Source: an uncultured Acidimicrobiaceae bacterium
Lineage (GTDB): Bacteria > Actinomycetota > Acidimicrobiia > Acidimicrobiales > Bog-793
Direction: 5' to 3'
Assembly (NCBI GenBank): GCA_963761425.1
Contig: CAVXGQ010000005.1
Span: 452,699-516,698, forward strand
DNA: 64,000 bases
The position numbers were made by a program, and so were the translations under genes. Under the pieces are notes generated by a model, which worked only from the letters and a program-made list of their open reading frames with translations, was not told the DNA's origin and searched no databases. Positions 28,571 to 38,097 of the stretch are shown piece by piece (within the stretch, counting starts at the first letter, position 1; each line of letters begins with the position of its first letter).

Positions 28571-29520
28571 CGACGAAGGTGATCGTTCCGGCCGCCCTCG
28601 ATGGCGAGCGCATCGACCGGGCGGTGGCGATCGTCACCGGCTTGTCGCGCCGCGCCGTAGCCGCGCTCATCGCCGCCGGCGCGGTGCGCCTCTCGGGCCG
28701 GCCCGTCGCCTCGCGCCACCTGCGGGTCGGCCGGGGGGCGACCCTCGAGTTCGAGATGGCCGCGGTCGGTGACGACCTGGGTCTCGTCCCGGCCGAGGCG
28801 GGCAGCGTGCCGTTCACCGTCGTCCACGAGGACCTCGACATCGTCGTGGTCGACAAGCCAGCCGGCGTCGTGGTGCACCCGGGTGCAGGCCACCGCGGCG
28901 GGACCCTGGCGGCGGGACTGCTGGCCCGGTATCCGGACCTGGCCGAGGCGGCCCGGAAGGGCGCGGGCGACCCATCACGACCCGGAATCGTCCACCGTCT
29001 CGACAAAGAAACCTCCGGGCTGCTCGTGGTGGCGCGCAACCCCTCCGCTTGGCGGGTACTGAGGGCCCAGCTCGCCGCCCGGACCATGGGACGGGTCTAC
29101 GAGGCGCTCCTGCTCGGTCGGCTGGTTGCCGCCGAGGGGGAGGTCGACGCCCCCATCGGCCGCTCGGTGCGGGATCGGACGCGCATGGCGGTGACCGTGG
29201 AGGGGCGTCAGGCGCGGACCCGCTACCGGGTGAGGTCGCGCTTCACGACGCCGGTCGAGGCGACCTATGCCGAGGTCACGCTGGAGTCAGGGCGGACCCA
29301 CCAGATTCGGGTCCATTTCACGGCGATCGGCCATCCGGTGGCCGGTGATCTCCGCTACGGTGGCGGGCTCACCCCTGCGGTCCGCGCGTCCCTGGGCCTC
29401 GAGCGTCCGTTTCTCCATGCCGGGAGGCTGCGCCTGGTCCATCCGACGACGGGCGAAGAACTCGAGTGGAGCGCTCCCTTGCCCGAGGATCTGGCGGCGG
29501 TGCTGGCCCGCCTGTCCTGA
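28567..29520 (+). CDS. rluD: 23S rRNA pseudouridine synthase, RluA/RluD family
   Basis: 317 aa. S4 domain, HRLDKETSGLLVVA and GRTHQIRVH motifs. Confidence 0.9.
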   Translation: MTTKVIVPAALDGERIDRAVAIVTGLSRRAVAALIAAGAVRLSGRPVASRHLRVGRGATLEFEMAAVGDDLGLVPAEAGSVPFTVVHEDLDIVVVDKPAGVVVHPGAGHRGGTLAAGLLARYPDLAEAARKGAGDPSRPGIVHRLDKETSGLLVVARNPSAWRVLRAQLAARTMGRVYEALLLGRLVAAEGEVDAPIGRSVRDRTRMAVTVEGRQARTRYRVRSRFTTPVEATYAEVTLESGRTHQIRVHFTAIGHPVAGDLRYGGGLTPAVRASLGLERPFLHAGRLRLVHPTTGEELEWSAPLPEDLAAVLARLS

Positions 29521-29529
29521 GGGCGCCGA

Positions 29530-30453
29530 TCAGGCCGCGTCGTGGAAGGCGTTCACTTCGGGCTGGGCGGCGAGCGCCCGAAGTGCCGAGGCTTCGAGGC
29601 TCCGGACCCGCCGGACGCCGATCCCGAGTTTCTTCGCCGTCGACTCCAGCGAGGCGGGAGGCTGGCCGGTAAGTCCAAAGCGCAGCCGGACCACCTGTCG
29701 TTCGAGCTCGGGAAGTCGGCCGATGGCGTTGGCGAGGCCTTCCATCGACATCTCCTCGACGACGTCGTTGTCGACCGACACGTCCTCGGAGGCGAGCAGG
29801 TCGCCCAGGGTCGCGCTGGCGTCGATGGCGACGGGCTGATCCAGACTCGCCACCACCCGGGGCAGATGGCGCTCGGCACCCTCGCCTCGGCGTTCGGCCG
29901 CGTTCTCCGCCGCGACGGCGTCCTCGGGCAGGCGAATGGCTCGTCCCTTGGACTGCACGGCCCGCTGGAGGGACTGACGGATCCACCAGGTCGCGTACGT
30001 CGAGAACTTGAAGCCCCTCTTCCAGTCGAACTTCTCCACCGCGCGCATCAACCCGAAGGTGCCCTCCTGGACGAGGTCGGTGAGATCGACGCCGCGTCCT
30101 TGGTACCGGCGGGCCCAGTGGACGACGAGCCGGAGGTTGCCCGCGATCATCTCGTTCTTCGCCCCGGCGTCACCAAGTTCGATCCGCTGGGCGAGGGCGA
30201 CCTGTTCAGCAGCACTGAGCAGGGGATACCTGCCGATGTCGTCCAGGAAGAGCCGCATGAGGTCCGGGCCTCCGCTCGCCCGCTCTACGGCCTCGTCGGC
30301 GAATGTCGTTGTGATGGCCTTGTCTCCGTTCCTCGCACCCGTTTCGCTTTCCACCGGCACGCCCAAGGCGGCCGACACTTCTAGCAACGCCGCAAGGGGC
30401 GGGGGCATTCCATCGACGGCGACCCGGTGGGCAAGACGGTCGCGGGCACCCAC
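29530..30453 (-). CDS. RNA polymerase sigma-70 family factor (RpoD/SigB-like)
   Basis: 307 aa. Region 2 is DLVQEGTFGLMRAVEKFDWKRGFKFSTYATWWIRQ. Region 4 HTH is STAKKLGIGVRRVRSLEASALRAL. Confidence 0.88.
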   Translation of the reverse strand: MGARDRLAHRVAVDGMPPPLAALLEVSAALGVPVESETGARNGDKAITTTFADEAVERASGGPDLMRLFLDDIGRYPLLSAAEQVALAQRIELGDAGAKNEMIAGNLRLVVHWARRYQGRGVDLTDLVQEGTFGLMRAVEKFDWKRGFKFSTYATWWIRQSLQRAVQSKGRAIRLPEDAVAAENAAERRGEGAERHLPRVVASLDQPVAIDASATLGDLLASEDVSVDNDVVEEMSMEGLANAIGRLPELERQVVRLRFGLTGQPPASLESTAKKLGIGVRRVRSLEASALRALAAQPEVNAFHDAA

Positions 30454-30643
30454 CTGGGCCGGTCAAGGACCGACGTCTCCGACGGCACCTCGACGCGGCT
30501 CGACCCGGCGGACTGTGGCGAGACGGGATGGGGGGAAAGGATCTCATCGGGGCCGCCGACGAGGTCAGAGCCCGCCGGCGGTGGCCAGGCCCGAGACCGC
30601 CGAGGACGGCTTGGGAATCAGAAGGTCGTGCCGGGCGGACCGG

Positions 30644-31090
30644 TCAGGCGCGTGACGGCAGCGGGTTCTGGGCCCGTTCGACCATGTCGCTCAGCCGGTA
30701 GGAGTCCAGGTGCTGGCGCATGTGCTCGCTGAGATCGGCCCACAGATCCAGCAGCACGCACTGGCCCTCGTGGTCACAGGCTCCGTTCTCGTGCGGCGAT
30801 CCGAAGTCGCCGACCACGATCGGGCCATCGACCGCCGAGACGATCGCGCCCAGGCTGATGGCGTCCGCCGGACGCGCCAACACGTAGCCACCGCCGACCC
30901 CGCGCTTCGATCGCACCAGGCCGGCGCCTTTGAGTGCGAGCAGGATCTGCTCGAGATAGGGCTGGGGCAGCCCGGTCCGTTCGGCGAGGTCGCGCACCGA
31001 GGTTGGTGTCACGCCGTCATCGTGCAGGGCGAGCGACAGCAGAGCCCGGCAGGCGTAGTCACCTCGCGTCGACACCCTCACCTGGCCCAT
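30644..31090 (-). CDS. Rrf2 family transcriptional regulator
   Basis: 148 aa. VSTRGDYACRALLSLA wHTH N-terminus with a Cys-containing C-terminal region (GACDHEGQC). Confidence 0.85.
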   Translation of the reverse strand: MGQVRVSTRGDYACRALLSLALHDDGVTPTSVRDLAERTGLPQPYLEQILLALKGAGLVRSKRGVGGGYVLARPADAISLGAIVSAVDGPIVVGDFGSPHENGACDHEGQCVLLDLWADLSEHMRQHLDSYRLSDMVERAQNPLPSRA

Positions 31091-31128
31091 GGTACGGCGC
31101 CGAAGAGGGCCGTCGTAAGCTCTGTTCG

Positions 31129-32302
31129 GTGAACGGGTCGCGGTCGTCTCGGGCTGGCGGCGCGGTCACCTGGGCGGTTGGCGGGGACCCGGAGGAGCCG
31201 ATCCGTCCGGACTATGGCGGGGCGTGTCTCACCGAGGTGGTGCCGACGCTTCTTCGGCTCGAGGCCCTGCGCCGCGACCGATGCCCTCCCGGGGTGGTTG
31301 CCGGCGCCGCTGGTCGATGCCACGCAGATCGTGCTCCTGGTGCTGGACGGTCTCGGTGCGGAAAGCCTCGCCGCGCACCGGTCGGTGACGCCGGTGATGT
31401 CGTCGATGACCGGCGTCACCATCACCTCGGTGGCGCCGACGACGACGACGACCGCGCTCACCTCCCTCACGACCGGGCGGGCACCGGCCGACCACGGCAT
31501 GCTCGGCTACCGCGTGCGAGCCGGCAGCGAGGTGCTCAACGTGTTGCGGTGGACGGCTGGTGGGGTGGACGCGCGCGCCGAGATCCAGCCCCGGGCGTTC
31601 CAGCGGTTCGAGCCGTTCCTCGGCCGGCGGGTCCCGGTGGTCGCCCGTGCCGAGTTCGCCCATTCCGGGTTCTCCCAGGCCCATCTCGGGCAGGCCGAGC
31701 TTCTCGGTTGGTGGGTGAGCTCGTCGCTCGGCGTGTTGGTCGGCGAGGCCCTGGCCCGGGGCGAGCCCTTCGTGTACGCCTACTACGACGGGGTCGACAA
31801 GGTCGCGCACCTGGAGGGGTTGGGCGCCTGCTACGAGGCGGAGCTCGCCGCGGTGGACCGTCTGGTCGACGACCTGGTCAAACGTCTGCCCGCCGGTTGT
31901 GCCCTGGCGATCACCTCGGATCACGGCCAGGTCGAGGTGACCGCTCCGCCGATCCAGCTCGATCCCGGACTCCTGGAGGAGGTGACGGGCTTTTCGGGTG
32001 AAGGGCGGTTTCGCTGGCTGCACGTCCGTCCCGGGTCCACCGAGCAGGTGGCGGCCGCCGCCCGCCAGCTCTACGGGGAGATCGCCTGGGTGCGAACCGT
32101 GGCCGAGATAGACCGCGCCGGTTGGTTCGGCAGGCCCCTCTCCGACGCCTTCGCGCGGCGCCTCGGCGACGTCGCCTTGGTGGCCCGGGCCGCGGTCTCC
32201 TTCGCCGATCCGGCTGATCCCGGCGACGGACGGCTCATCGCCCGCCACGGTTCGCTCACCCCGGCCGAGATGCTGGTGCCCCTGCTCGCGGTGCGCCCGT
32301 GA
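31129..32302 (+). CDS. Alkaline-phosphatase-superfamily (nucleotide pyrophosphatase/phosphodiesterase-like) protein (apparent +1 frameshift near 31270)
   Basis: Frame 1 holds IRPDYGGACLTEVVPTLLRLEA. Frame 2 holds AATDALPGWLP..VLLVLDGLGAESL..TSVAPTTTTTALTSLTTG..ITSDHGQV. Start is uncertain. Confidence 0.7.
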
Positions 32303-32841
32303 GGATCTACACCCGTCGGGGGGACGACGGGACGACGTCGGTGCGGGGGGGCGATCGAGTCGGAAAGTCGAGCGCCCTCGTCGAAGCCCTGGGCGCCCTC
32401 GACGAGGCGCAAGCAGCGCTGGGGGTGGCGCGCGCCGAGGGTGGGCGCCCAGGTGCCCTGGACGATGTCCTCGTCGGAGTGGAACGGGACCTGTGGGTGG
32501 TGATGGCCGAGGTGGCGGCGCTGCCGGGACGACCACCCGGCCCGGCGGACACCGTGACGTCGGAAATGGTCGCCGCCGTCGAATCGGCGATCGACGCGCA
32601 CTCGGCGGGACTGGGAGGCATCACCGGCTTTGCCGTGCCGGGAGGGAACCGCCTGGCGGCGGCGCTCGACGTCGCGCGCGCGGCCGTGCGTCGGGCCGAG
32701 CGCCGGCTGGCGGCCCTGGAGCTCGGGGGGCACCGTCTCCTGCTGGCCTATGTGAACCGGCTCTCCGACCTGTGCTGGACGCTCGCCCGGGAGGCCGAGG
32801 AAGGCTATCTGCCCGCCCGGAAAGAAGGGAACCAGCGGTGA
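32299..32841 (+). CDS. ATP:cob(I)alamin adenosyltransferase, PduO type
   Basis: 180 aa. MRIYTRRGDDGTTS..EALGALDEA N-terminal signature of the PduO/MMAB family. Confidence 0.85.
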   Translation: MRIYTRRGDDGTTSVRGGDRVGKSSALVEALGALDEAQAALGVARAEGGRPGALDDVLVGVERDLWVVMAEVAALPGRPPGPADTVTSEMVAAVESAIDAHSAGLGGITGFAVPGGNRLAAALDVARAAVRRAERRLAALELGGHRLLLAYVNRLSDLCWTLAREAEEGYLPARKEGNQR

Positions 32842-34340
32842 TGAACCTCGAGTTGAAAGGTGCGGCGACCATCCCCGGCGAGGCCCGGGTGCGCATCCGG
32901 CCGGTTCTCGCTGGCCTCGTATCCCCCGGCGGGTCGGCGTTCGCCGGCGCGCCACTGGCGGAGATGCAGGGATTTCGCGGCGCGGTGGGGGAGACGGCGA
33001 CATTCGTCGACGCGGCGGGCATGCTCGAGATCCTGGTCGGGTTGGGCGAGGCGACCGATCTCGACGGGGAGGCGTGCCGACTGGCGGGCGCCGCGGTGGC
33101 GACGGCGGCCGCCCATTGCGAGACGGTCGTGTTCGACCTCTCCGGGATCGCGGGGGGATCCCTCAGCCTGGCCGGGGTCGCCCAGGCGGTGGCGGAGGGC
33201 GTGTTGCTCGGTGCTTACCGGTTCACCCGGCTGAGGAGCGACCCGCGACCACGAAGCCTCGAGCGGGTGGTGTTGGTCGAGCCCGACGTCGCGGCGGTCA
33301 ACCGGGGCATCGACCGGGGTGTCGTCACCGCTGGGGCGGTCGAATTGGTGCGGGACCTGGTGAACACCCCGGCCGGCGAGCTCACCCCGGCTCGATTCGG
33401 CGAGATCGCGACCGACTATGGCTCCCAGCACCGTTTCTCGGTGGAGGTGTCCGGGGTCGAGGAGATCACCGCGGCGGGACTCGGCGGCCTGCTCGGCGTG
33501 GCGAGAGGCTCGGCGGAGCCGCCCTGTCTCGTGCGCGGCGAGTTCCGACCGGACGACCCCGCGGCCCCCACCGTGGCGCTGGTCGGCAAGGGCATCACCT
33601 TTGACTCCGGGGGACTTTCGCTGAAGCCGGCGACCTCGATGACCTCGATGAAGTACGACATGAGCGGGGCCGGGACGGTGCTGGCCGTGCTCGGCGCCTG
33701 CCACCGCCTCGGGGTCGGGGTCCGGGTGGTCGGTTACATGCCGATGACGGAGAACATGCCGGGTGGGCGGGCGATGAAGCCCGGCGACGTGCTGCGGATC
33801 CGCAACGGCAAGACGATCGAGGTGCTGAACACCGACTGCGAGGGGCGGCTGGTGCTGGCCGACGCGCTCTGCCTGGCAGCTGAGGAGACGCCCGACGCGA
33901 TCGTCGATGTCGCGACGCTGACCGGTGCCGTGGTGGTGGCCCTCGGCAGGCGGATCGCCGGTCTGATGGGCAATGACGATCGCCTCGTGGCGGCGGTCGA
34001 GCAGGCGGCGGCCGGCGTCGGCGAGGCGGTGTGGCGTCTCCCGTTGCCGGGCGGCTACCGAAAGGCCTTCGACTCGGAGATTGCCGACATGAAGAACCTC
34101 GGTGTTCCCGGCGAAGCGGGGGCCCTCGTCGCCGGGCTCATCCTGGAGGAGTTCGTCGGCCAGACGCCCTGGGCGCACCTCGATGTGTGCGGCCCGGCGC
34201 GCTCCGAGAAGGACGAGGGCTATGTCCGCAAAGGCGGAACTGGCTTCGGCGTGCGGACCCTGCTCGAATTGCTCGGGAATTATCAGCCGCTCGGCCGGCC
34301 GGCGGGCGCCGAGGTGGCCGGGAGGAAGGTGCTGCGATGA
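32841..34340 (+). CDS. pepA: Leucyl aminopeptidase (M17)
   Basis: ATG at 32841 overlaps the upstream stop. VGKGITFDSGGLSLKP, NTDCEGRLVLADAL and HLDVCGPA motifs. Confidence 0.9.
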   Translation: MNLELKGAATIPGEARVRIRPVLAGLVSPGGSAFAGAPLAEMQGFRGAVGETATFVDAAGMLEILVGLGEATDLDGEACRLAGAAVATAAAHCETVVFDLSGIAGGSLSLAGVAQAVAEGVLLGAYRFTRLRSDPRPRSLERVVLVEPDVAAVNRGIDRGVVTAGAVELVRDLVNTPAGELTPARFGEIATDYGSQHRFSVEVSGVEEITAAGLGGLLGVARGSAEPPCLVRGEFRPDDPAAPTVALVGKGITFDSGGLSLKPATSMTSMKYDMSGAGTVLAVLGACHRLGVGVRVVGYMPMTENMPGGRAMKPGDVLRIRNGKTIEVLNTDCEGRLVLADALCLAAEETPDAIVDVATLTGAVVVALGRRIAGLMGNDDRLVAAVEQAAAGVGEAVWRLPLPGGYRKAFDSEIADMKNLGVPGEAGALVAGLILEEFVGQTPWAHLDVCGPARSEKDEGYVRKGGTGFGVRTLLELLGNYQPLGRPAGAEVAGRKVLR

Positions 34341-35275
34341 CGCCAGACGAGACATCTTGGGGGACGGGCCGTCCCCCGGCCGCTGGCGATACCCCCGACG
34401 CCGAAGCCTCGCCGGAGGCGGTGGGCCCCGGGGTCGGCGAGCAGTCGTCGATCGCCCCGAGGACCGGGGTCGAGGCGGTCGGCGGGGCCTCCCCGGGGCT
34501 GGAGCGATCCGAGACTCCCCACCGTCCGTACACGCTGGCGATCGACGCCGGTGGGAGCGGGCTCAAGGCCTCGGTGCTCGACACCGACGAGCGTCTGGTC
34601 GCCGACCGCGTCAGCGTGCCGACGCCGTACCCGTTGCCGCCCAAGCGGTTCATCGCCACTCTGGCCGGGCTCATCCGCCCGCTTCCCGCCTACGACCGGG
34701 TGTCGGTCGGCCTCCCCGGCGTCGTGCGCCGGGGCCGGATTCTCACCGCGCCACAGTTCGTGGCGGAACGGGGTCTCGGATCGCGGGTGGACCCCAGGCT
34801 GGTCGCGGCCTGGACCGGATTCGGGATCGCCGAGGCGCTCGCCGAGGAGTTCGGCAAGCCCACCCGGGTTGCCAACGATGCCGATCTGCAGGGTCTCGCG
34901 GTCACCTCCGGCACCGGGCTGGAGTTCGTGGTGACCTTCGGAACCGGGGTCGGCACGGCCCTTTTCTACGATGGGGTGCTCGTGCCCCACCTGGAGCTGG
35001 CTCACCAGCCGTTCCGCAAGGGCCAGACCTACAACCAACAGCTCGGCGAGGCCGCGCTGAGACGGTTCGGTCCGAAGAGGTGGCGCAAGCGGGTGCTAGA
35101 GGCCCTGGAGAACTTCCGGGTACTCACCAACTTCGACCACTGCTACCTCGGCGGGGGGAACTCCCGCCACCTGAGGGCTAGCGTGCAGGAGCCGTACTCG
35201 GTGGTCGACAACTTGGCCGGCATCCTCGGCGGGGTGCGCCTCTGGGACGACGCGCGCCTGCTGGAATGGGACTGA
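34337..35275 (+). CDS. ppgK: ROK-family polyphosphate/ATP glucokinase
   Basis: ATGA overlap with pepA. LAIDAGGSGLKASVLD, VANDADLQGLA and FGTGVGTALFYDG motifs. Low-complexity N-terminal extension. Confidence 0.8.
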   Translation: MTPDETSWGTGRPPAAGDTPDAEASPEAVGPGVGEQSSIAPRTGVEAVGGASPGLERSETPHRPYTLAIDAGGSGLKASVLDTDERLVADRVSVPTPYPLPPKRFIATLAGLIRPLPAYDRVSVGLPGVVRRGRILTAPQFVAERGLGSRVDPRLVAAWTGFGIAEALAEEFGKPTRVANDADLQGLAVTSGTGLEFVVTFGTGVGTALFYDGVLVPHLELAHQPFRKGQTYNQQLGEAALRRFGPKRWRKRVLEALENFRVLTNFDHCYLGGGNSRHLRASVQEPYSVVDNLAGILGGVRLWDDARLLEWD

Positions 35276-35402
35276 ACCCCGGATCCTTAGGACCATCCTG
35301 GTGCGGCGGCGGAACCGGCCCGAAACGGGGGCGGAGCAGGTCGTCGGCGAGGCCCCGGGGCGGGGCGGGTGTCCGGGCCGGTGACGATCCCGGTCCGCCG
35401 GC

Positions 35403-35996
35403 CTAGGAGGCGAGCCAGGTCGGGGCGGCTTCGAGCAGGAAGCGGCTCACCTGAAGGGTGCGGTCGAAGGCGTCGCACAGGAGTTCCTCGCCGGCCAGCA
35501 CCCGGGCGAGGGAGACCTCCCGGCGGGCGACGATGGTGAGCCGCCGGACGGGGGGATCGGTCACCGAGCCGAAGGAGTCGGTGGCCGAGATCTCCAGGGG
35601 AAGCTCGATGCCGCCGACCCCCGCGAGGTCGATCGCCAGTCGCAACAGGTCCGGTGCATGGGGAAGGGGTGGAATGCCCCAGGTGAAGGTGAGCGGAAAG
35701 CTCCATTTGTCGGGCGGTTCGGCGTCGTCGGGGAGGGCCACCACGGCGTCTTCGAAGTCGAGCAAGGTGCGGGGGTCGACCTCCAGGGCGAGGTGGAGGT
35801 CGATCGGACCGCCACAGCCCTCCTCGGGATGCAGATCGACCTCCCAGAACTGGCGCAGCGAGTAGGTCTCCACGAAGTGGCGCTCATCATGTACGTGGAA
35901 GCCGTGTTCGACGGCGTGGTCCTTCAGCTCGGCGACGTAGCCGGCGACGTCGATGACCGCCATCGATTGGGGAGTGTAGGCGGCGGAACGGCTCAC
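35403..35996 (-). CDS. Hypothetical protein (no recognisable domain)
   Basis: 197-aa ORF with non-biased, acidic composition unlike antisense artefacts. Convergent with ppgK. Confidence 0.55.
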   Translation of the reverse strand: MSRSAAYTPQSMAVIDVAGYVAELKDHAVEHGFHVHDERHFVETYSLRQFWEVDLHPEEGCGGPIDLHLALEVDPRTLLDFEDAVVALPDDAEPPDKWSFPLTFTWGIPPLPHAPDLLRLAIDLAGVGGIELPLEISATDSFGSVTDPPVRRLTIVARREVSLARVLAGEELLCDAFDRTLQVSRFLLEAAPTWLAS

Positions 35997-36069
35997 CCGT
36001 GGGGGAGGTCGTTGTCCGCCGGCGAGTGGGGTTCAGACCCCCGGCGGGCAAACCGGTAACCTGCGGGCG

Positions 36070-36834
36070 GTGCAAGCCGGGGAGATGCTGGCCAAGCTGT
36101 CAGCCGCGGCCTACGCGGTGGCCCGCGCGGTCGCGGGCGTAGAGGATTGGTCGTTGCCCGGTGATCGTCCCGGGCAGTACCGCATCGATGTTGTCGCCGA
36201 CGCCGCCGCGCTCGACGTGCTCATCGAGGCCGGTTTCGGGGTGCTGAGCGAAGAGAGCGGGCTAACCGAGGGCGATCGTCCCTACCTCGCGGTCGTCGAC
36301 CCGATCGACGGCTCGACCAACGCCTCCCGGGGATTGCGGTGGTACGCGACGAGTATCTGCGTGGTCGACGATGCCGGTCCTTACGCCGCGTTGGTCGTCA
36401 ATCAGGCCCGCGTCTCGTGCTACGAGGCCGTGCGGGGCCACGGTGCCACCCGCGACGGCCGTCCGATCGCCCCTTCCAAGACCACCTCGCTCGCCGACGC
36501 CGTGGTCAGCGTGTCGGGCTACCCCCCTCGGGACCTCGGGTGGCGACAGCTGCGGTCGTTCGGCGCGGCGGCCCTCGAGCTCTGTGCCGTCGCCGACGGA
36601 ACGCTGGACGCCTTCGTCGAATGGAGCCACCGTGGCCTGGGGGTCTGGGACTATCTCGGCGGGATGCTCATCTGCACGGAATCCGGCGCGGCGATCGACG
36701 ACGCGCTCGGCCGGGATCTCGTCGTGCGTACCCCCATCGACCGCCGGAGCCCGGTGGCCGCGGCCAGCGGGTCGCTCCTCGCCGAGCTGCTGGCGGCCCG
36801 GCCGGCGGCGCCCGATCGCAGGCTGCACCGGTGA
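36070..36834 (+). CDS. Inositol monophosphatase family protein (SuhB/CysQ-like)
   Basis: 254 aa. LSEESG, DPIDGSTNASRG and WDYLGGMLICTESGA motifs. Confidence 0.85.
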   Translation: MQAGEMLAKLSAAAYAVARAVAGVEDWSLPGDRPGQYRIDVVADAAALDVLIEAGFGVLSEESGLTEGDRPYLAVVDPIDGSTNASRGLRWYATSICVVDDAGPYAALVVNQARVSCYEAVRGHGATRDGRPIAPSKTTSLADAVVSVSGYPPRDLGWRQLRSFGAAALELCAVADGTLDAFVEWSHRGLGVWDYLGGMLICTESGAAIDDALGRDLVVRTPIDRRSPVAAASGSLLAELLAARPAAPDRRLHR

Positions 36835-37598
36835 GCACCGACGAGTCCGGCGGCGAGTCCGGCTGGCGGACGCCGCTCGAGGCGCTGTTGGCGGTGCAGG
36901 ACGAGGATACGGCGGCCGACCAGCTCGGTCGTCGCCGGGCCCGTCTCGCCGAGCGGTCGAAGCTCGCCGAACTGGAGGGCAAACTGGCCGAGAACGACGC
37001 CGCGGCGGCCGCCCTCCAAGTCACCCGTGGGGCTCATGAGGCCCGCCTCGCCGGTCTGGCGAGCGAGGTAGACGGGCTGGTGGGGCGCACCACCCGGATC
37101 GAGGACCGGCTGCGCGCCGGCGAGGCGGCATCCTTCCGTGATCAAGAGGCGATGGCGACGGAGATGGGTTCGCTCGGCCGGCGCCGCGGGGAGCTCGACG
37201 ACGAGCAGCTGGTGGTGATGGAGGCCATCGAGGAGCTCGAAGGGGAGCTCGGCCGGCTGGCCGGCGAGCGGGGAGCCCTCGGCGCGGAGGTCAACGTGCT
37301 GCGGGCGGCCCTCGGGGCCGAGGAGGCGTCGATCGACACCGAGATGGCGACCATCGCCATCCGCCGGGCCGAAGCTGTCGCCGAGGTCCCGCCGGCGCTC
37401 CTGGGTGAGTACGAGCGCCTGCGGGCGAAGCTTGACGGCGTGGGGGTGGCACGGCTCGCCAACGGCTCCTGCGACGGTTGTCACCTGGCCATCCCGGCGG
37501 CGGAGCTCGACCGCCTCCGGCGGGCTCCCACCCATGAGGTCAGCCACTGCCCGCAGTGCGGGCGCCTCCTCGTGGCTCGGGCTGGTGCTTCGAGGTAG
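36831..37598 (+). CDS. DUF164 / C4-type zinc-ribbon coiled-coil protein
   Basis: GTG at 36831 overlaps the upstream TGA. Long coiled coil, then CDGCHLAIP...HCPQCGRLLV. Confidence 0.8.
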   Translation: MSTDESGGESGWRTPLEALLAVQDEDTAADQLGRRRARLAERSKLAELEGKLAENDAAAAALQVTRGAHEARLAGLASEVDGLVGRTTRIEDRLRAGEAASFRDQEAMATEMGSLGRRRGELDDEQLVVMEAIEELEGELGRLAGERGALGAEVNVLRAALGAEEASIDTEMATIAIRRAEAVAEVPPALLGEYERLRAKLDGVGVARLANGSCDGCHLAIPAAELDRLRRAPTHEVSHCPQCGRLLVARAGASR

Positions 37599-37628
37599 GC
37601 CCCGGTCCGGCCGGGTTGGGCACCCCGG

Positions 37629-37901
37629 TCAGGTCACGCGGTGCCGGTCATTCTGGTGGCGCTGCATGGCGTAGACGATCATTGCCGTGCAGCCCACCGC
37701 GAGCAGCAGGGCGAGCCCGTAGGAGTAGCCGTAGCGAAGGCCGAACACGAGCCGGCCCAGCAAGCCGCCGAGCAGCGATCCGGCCAGGCCGACGAGGATG
37801 GTCTTGCCGATGCCCATCGGGTTGGGGCCCGGGACGACGAGTCGGCCCAGGGCACCGACGACCAGGCCGGTCAGCAGGATTTCAAATACGAGCCAGAACA
37901 C
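37629..37901 (-). CDS. GlsB/YeaQ/YmgE family small membrane protein
   Basis: GTG at 37901 gives about 90 aa. VFEILLTGLVVGALGRLVVPG..GIGKTILVGLAGSLLGGLLG is typical of the transglycosylase-associated family. Confidence 0.75.
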   Translation of the reverse strand: MFWLVFEILLTGLVVGALGRLVVPGPNPMGIGKTILVGLAGSLLGGLLGRLVFGLRYGYSYGLALLLAVGCTAMIVYAMQRHQNDRHRVT

Positions 37902-38097
37902 GAGTTGAGTCTCGCGCGCCGAGCAGGCGGCACGATAGCGCCATCGGGTGGCTGGCCCCTTGGCGGCAAACGGTCCGGGTTCAGACCCGGACCGTCCGCC
38001 GCGCCTTGGTGAAAGCCTCGGACCACAACCCGAAGATCCGGGGTCGCGGCCCGCCACCAGTCCTCGGCCCGATGGGATGGCAGGGATTCAGCCGGCT

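Noticed and set aside
35276-35402. GCCCCGGGGC palindrome and GC-rich inverted repeats between convergent ppgK and the 197-aa gene as an intrinsic terminator
   Set aside because: There is no loop or U-tract. Such short GC palindromes are frequent in this composition.
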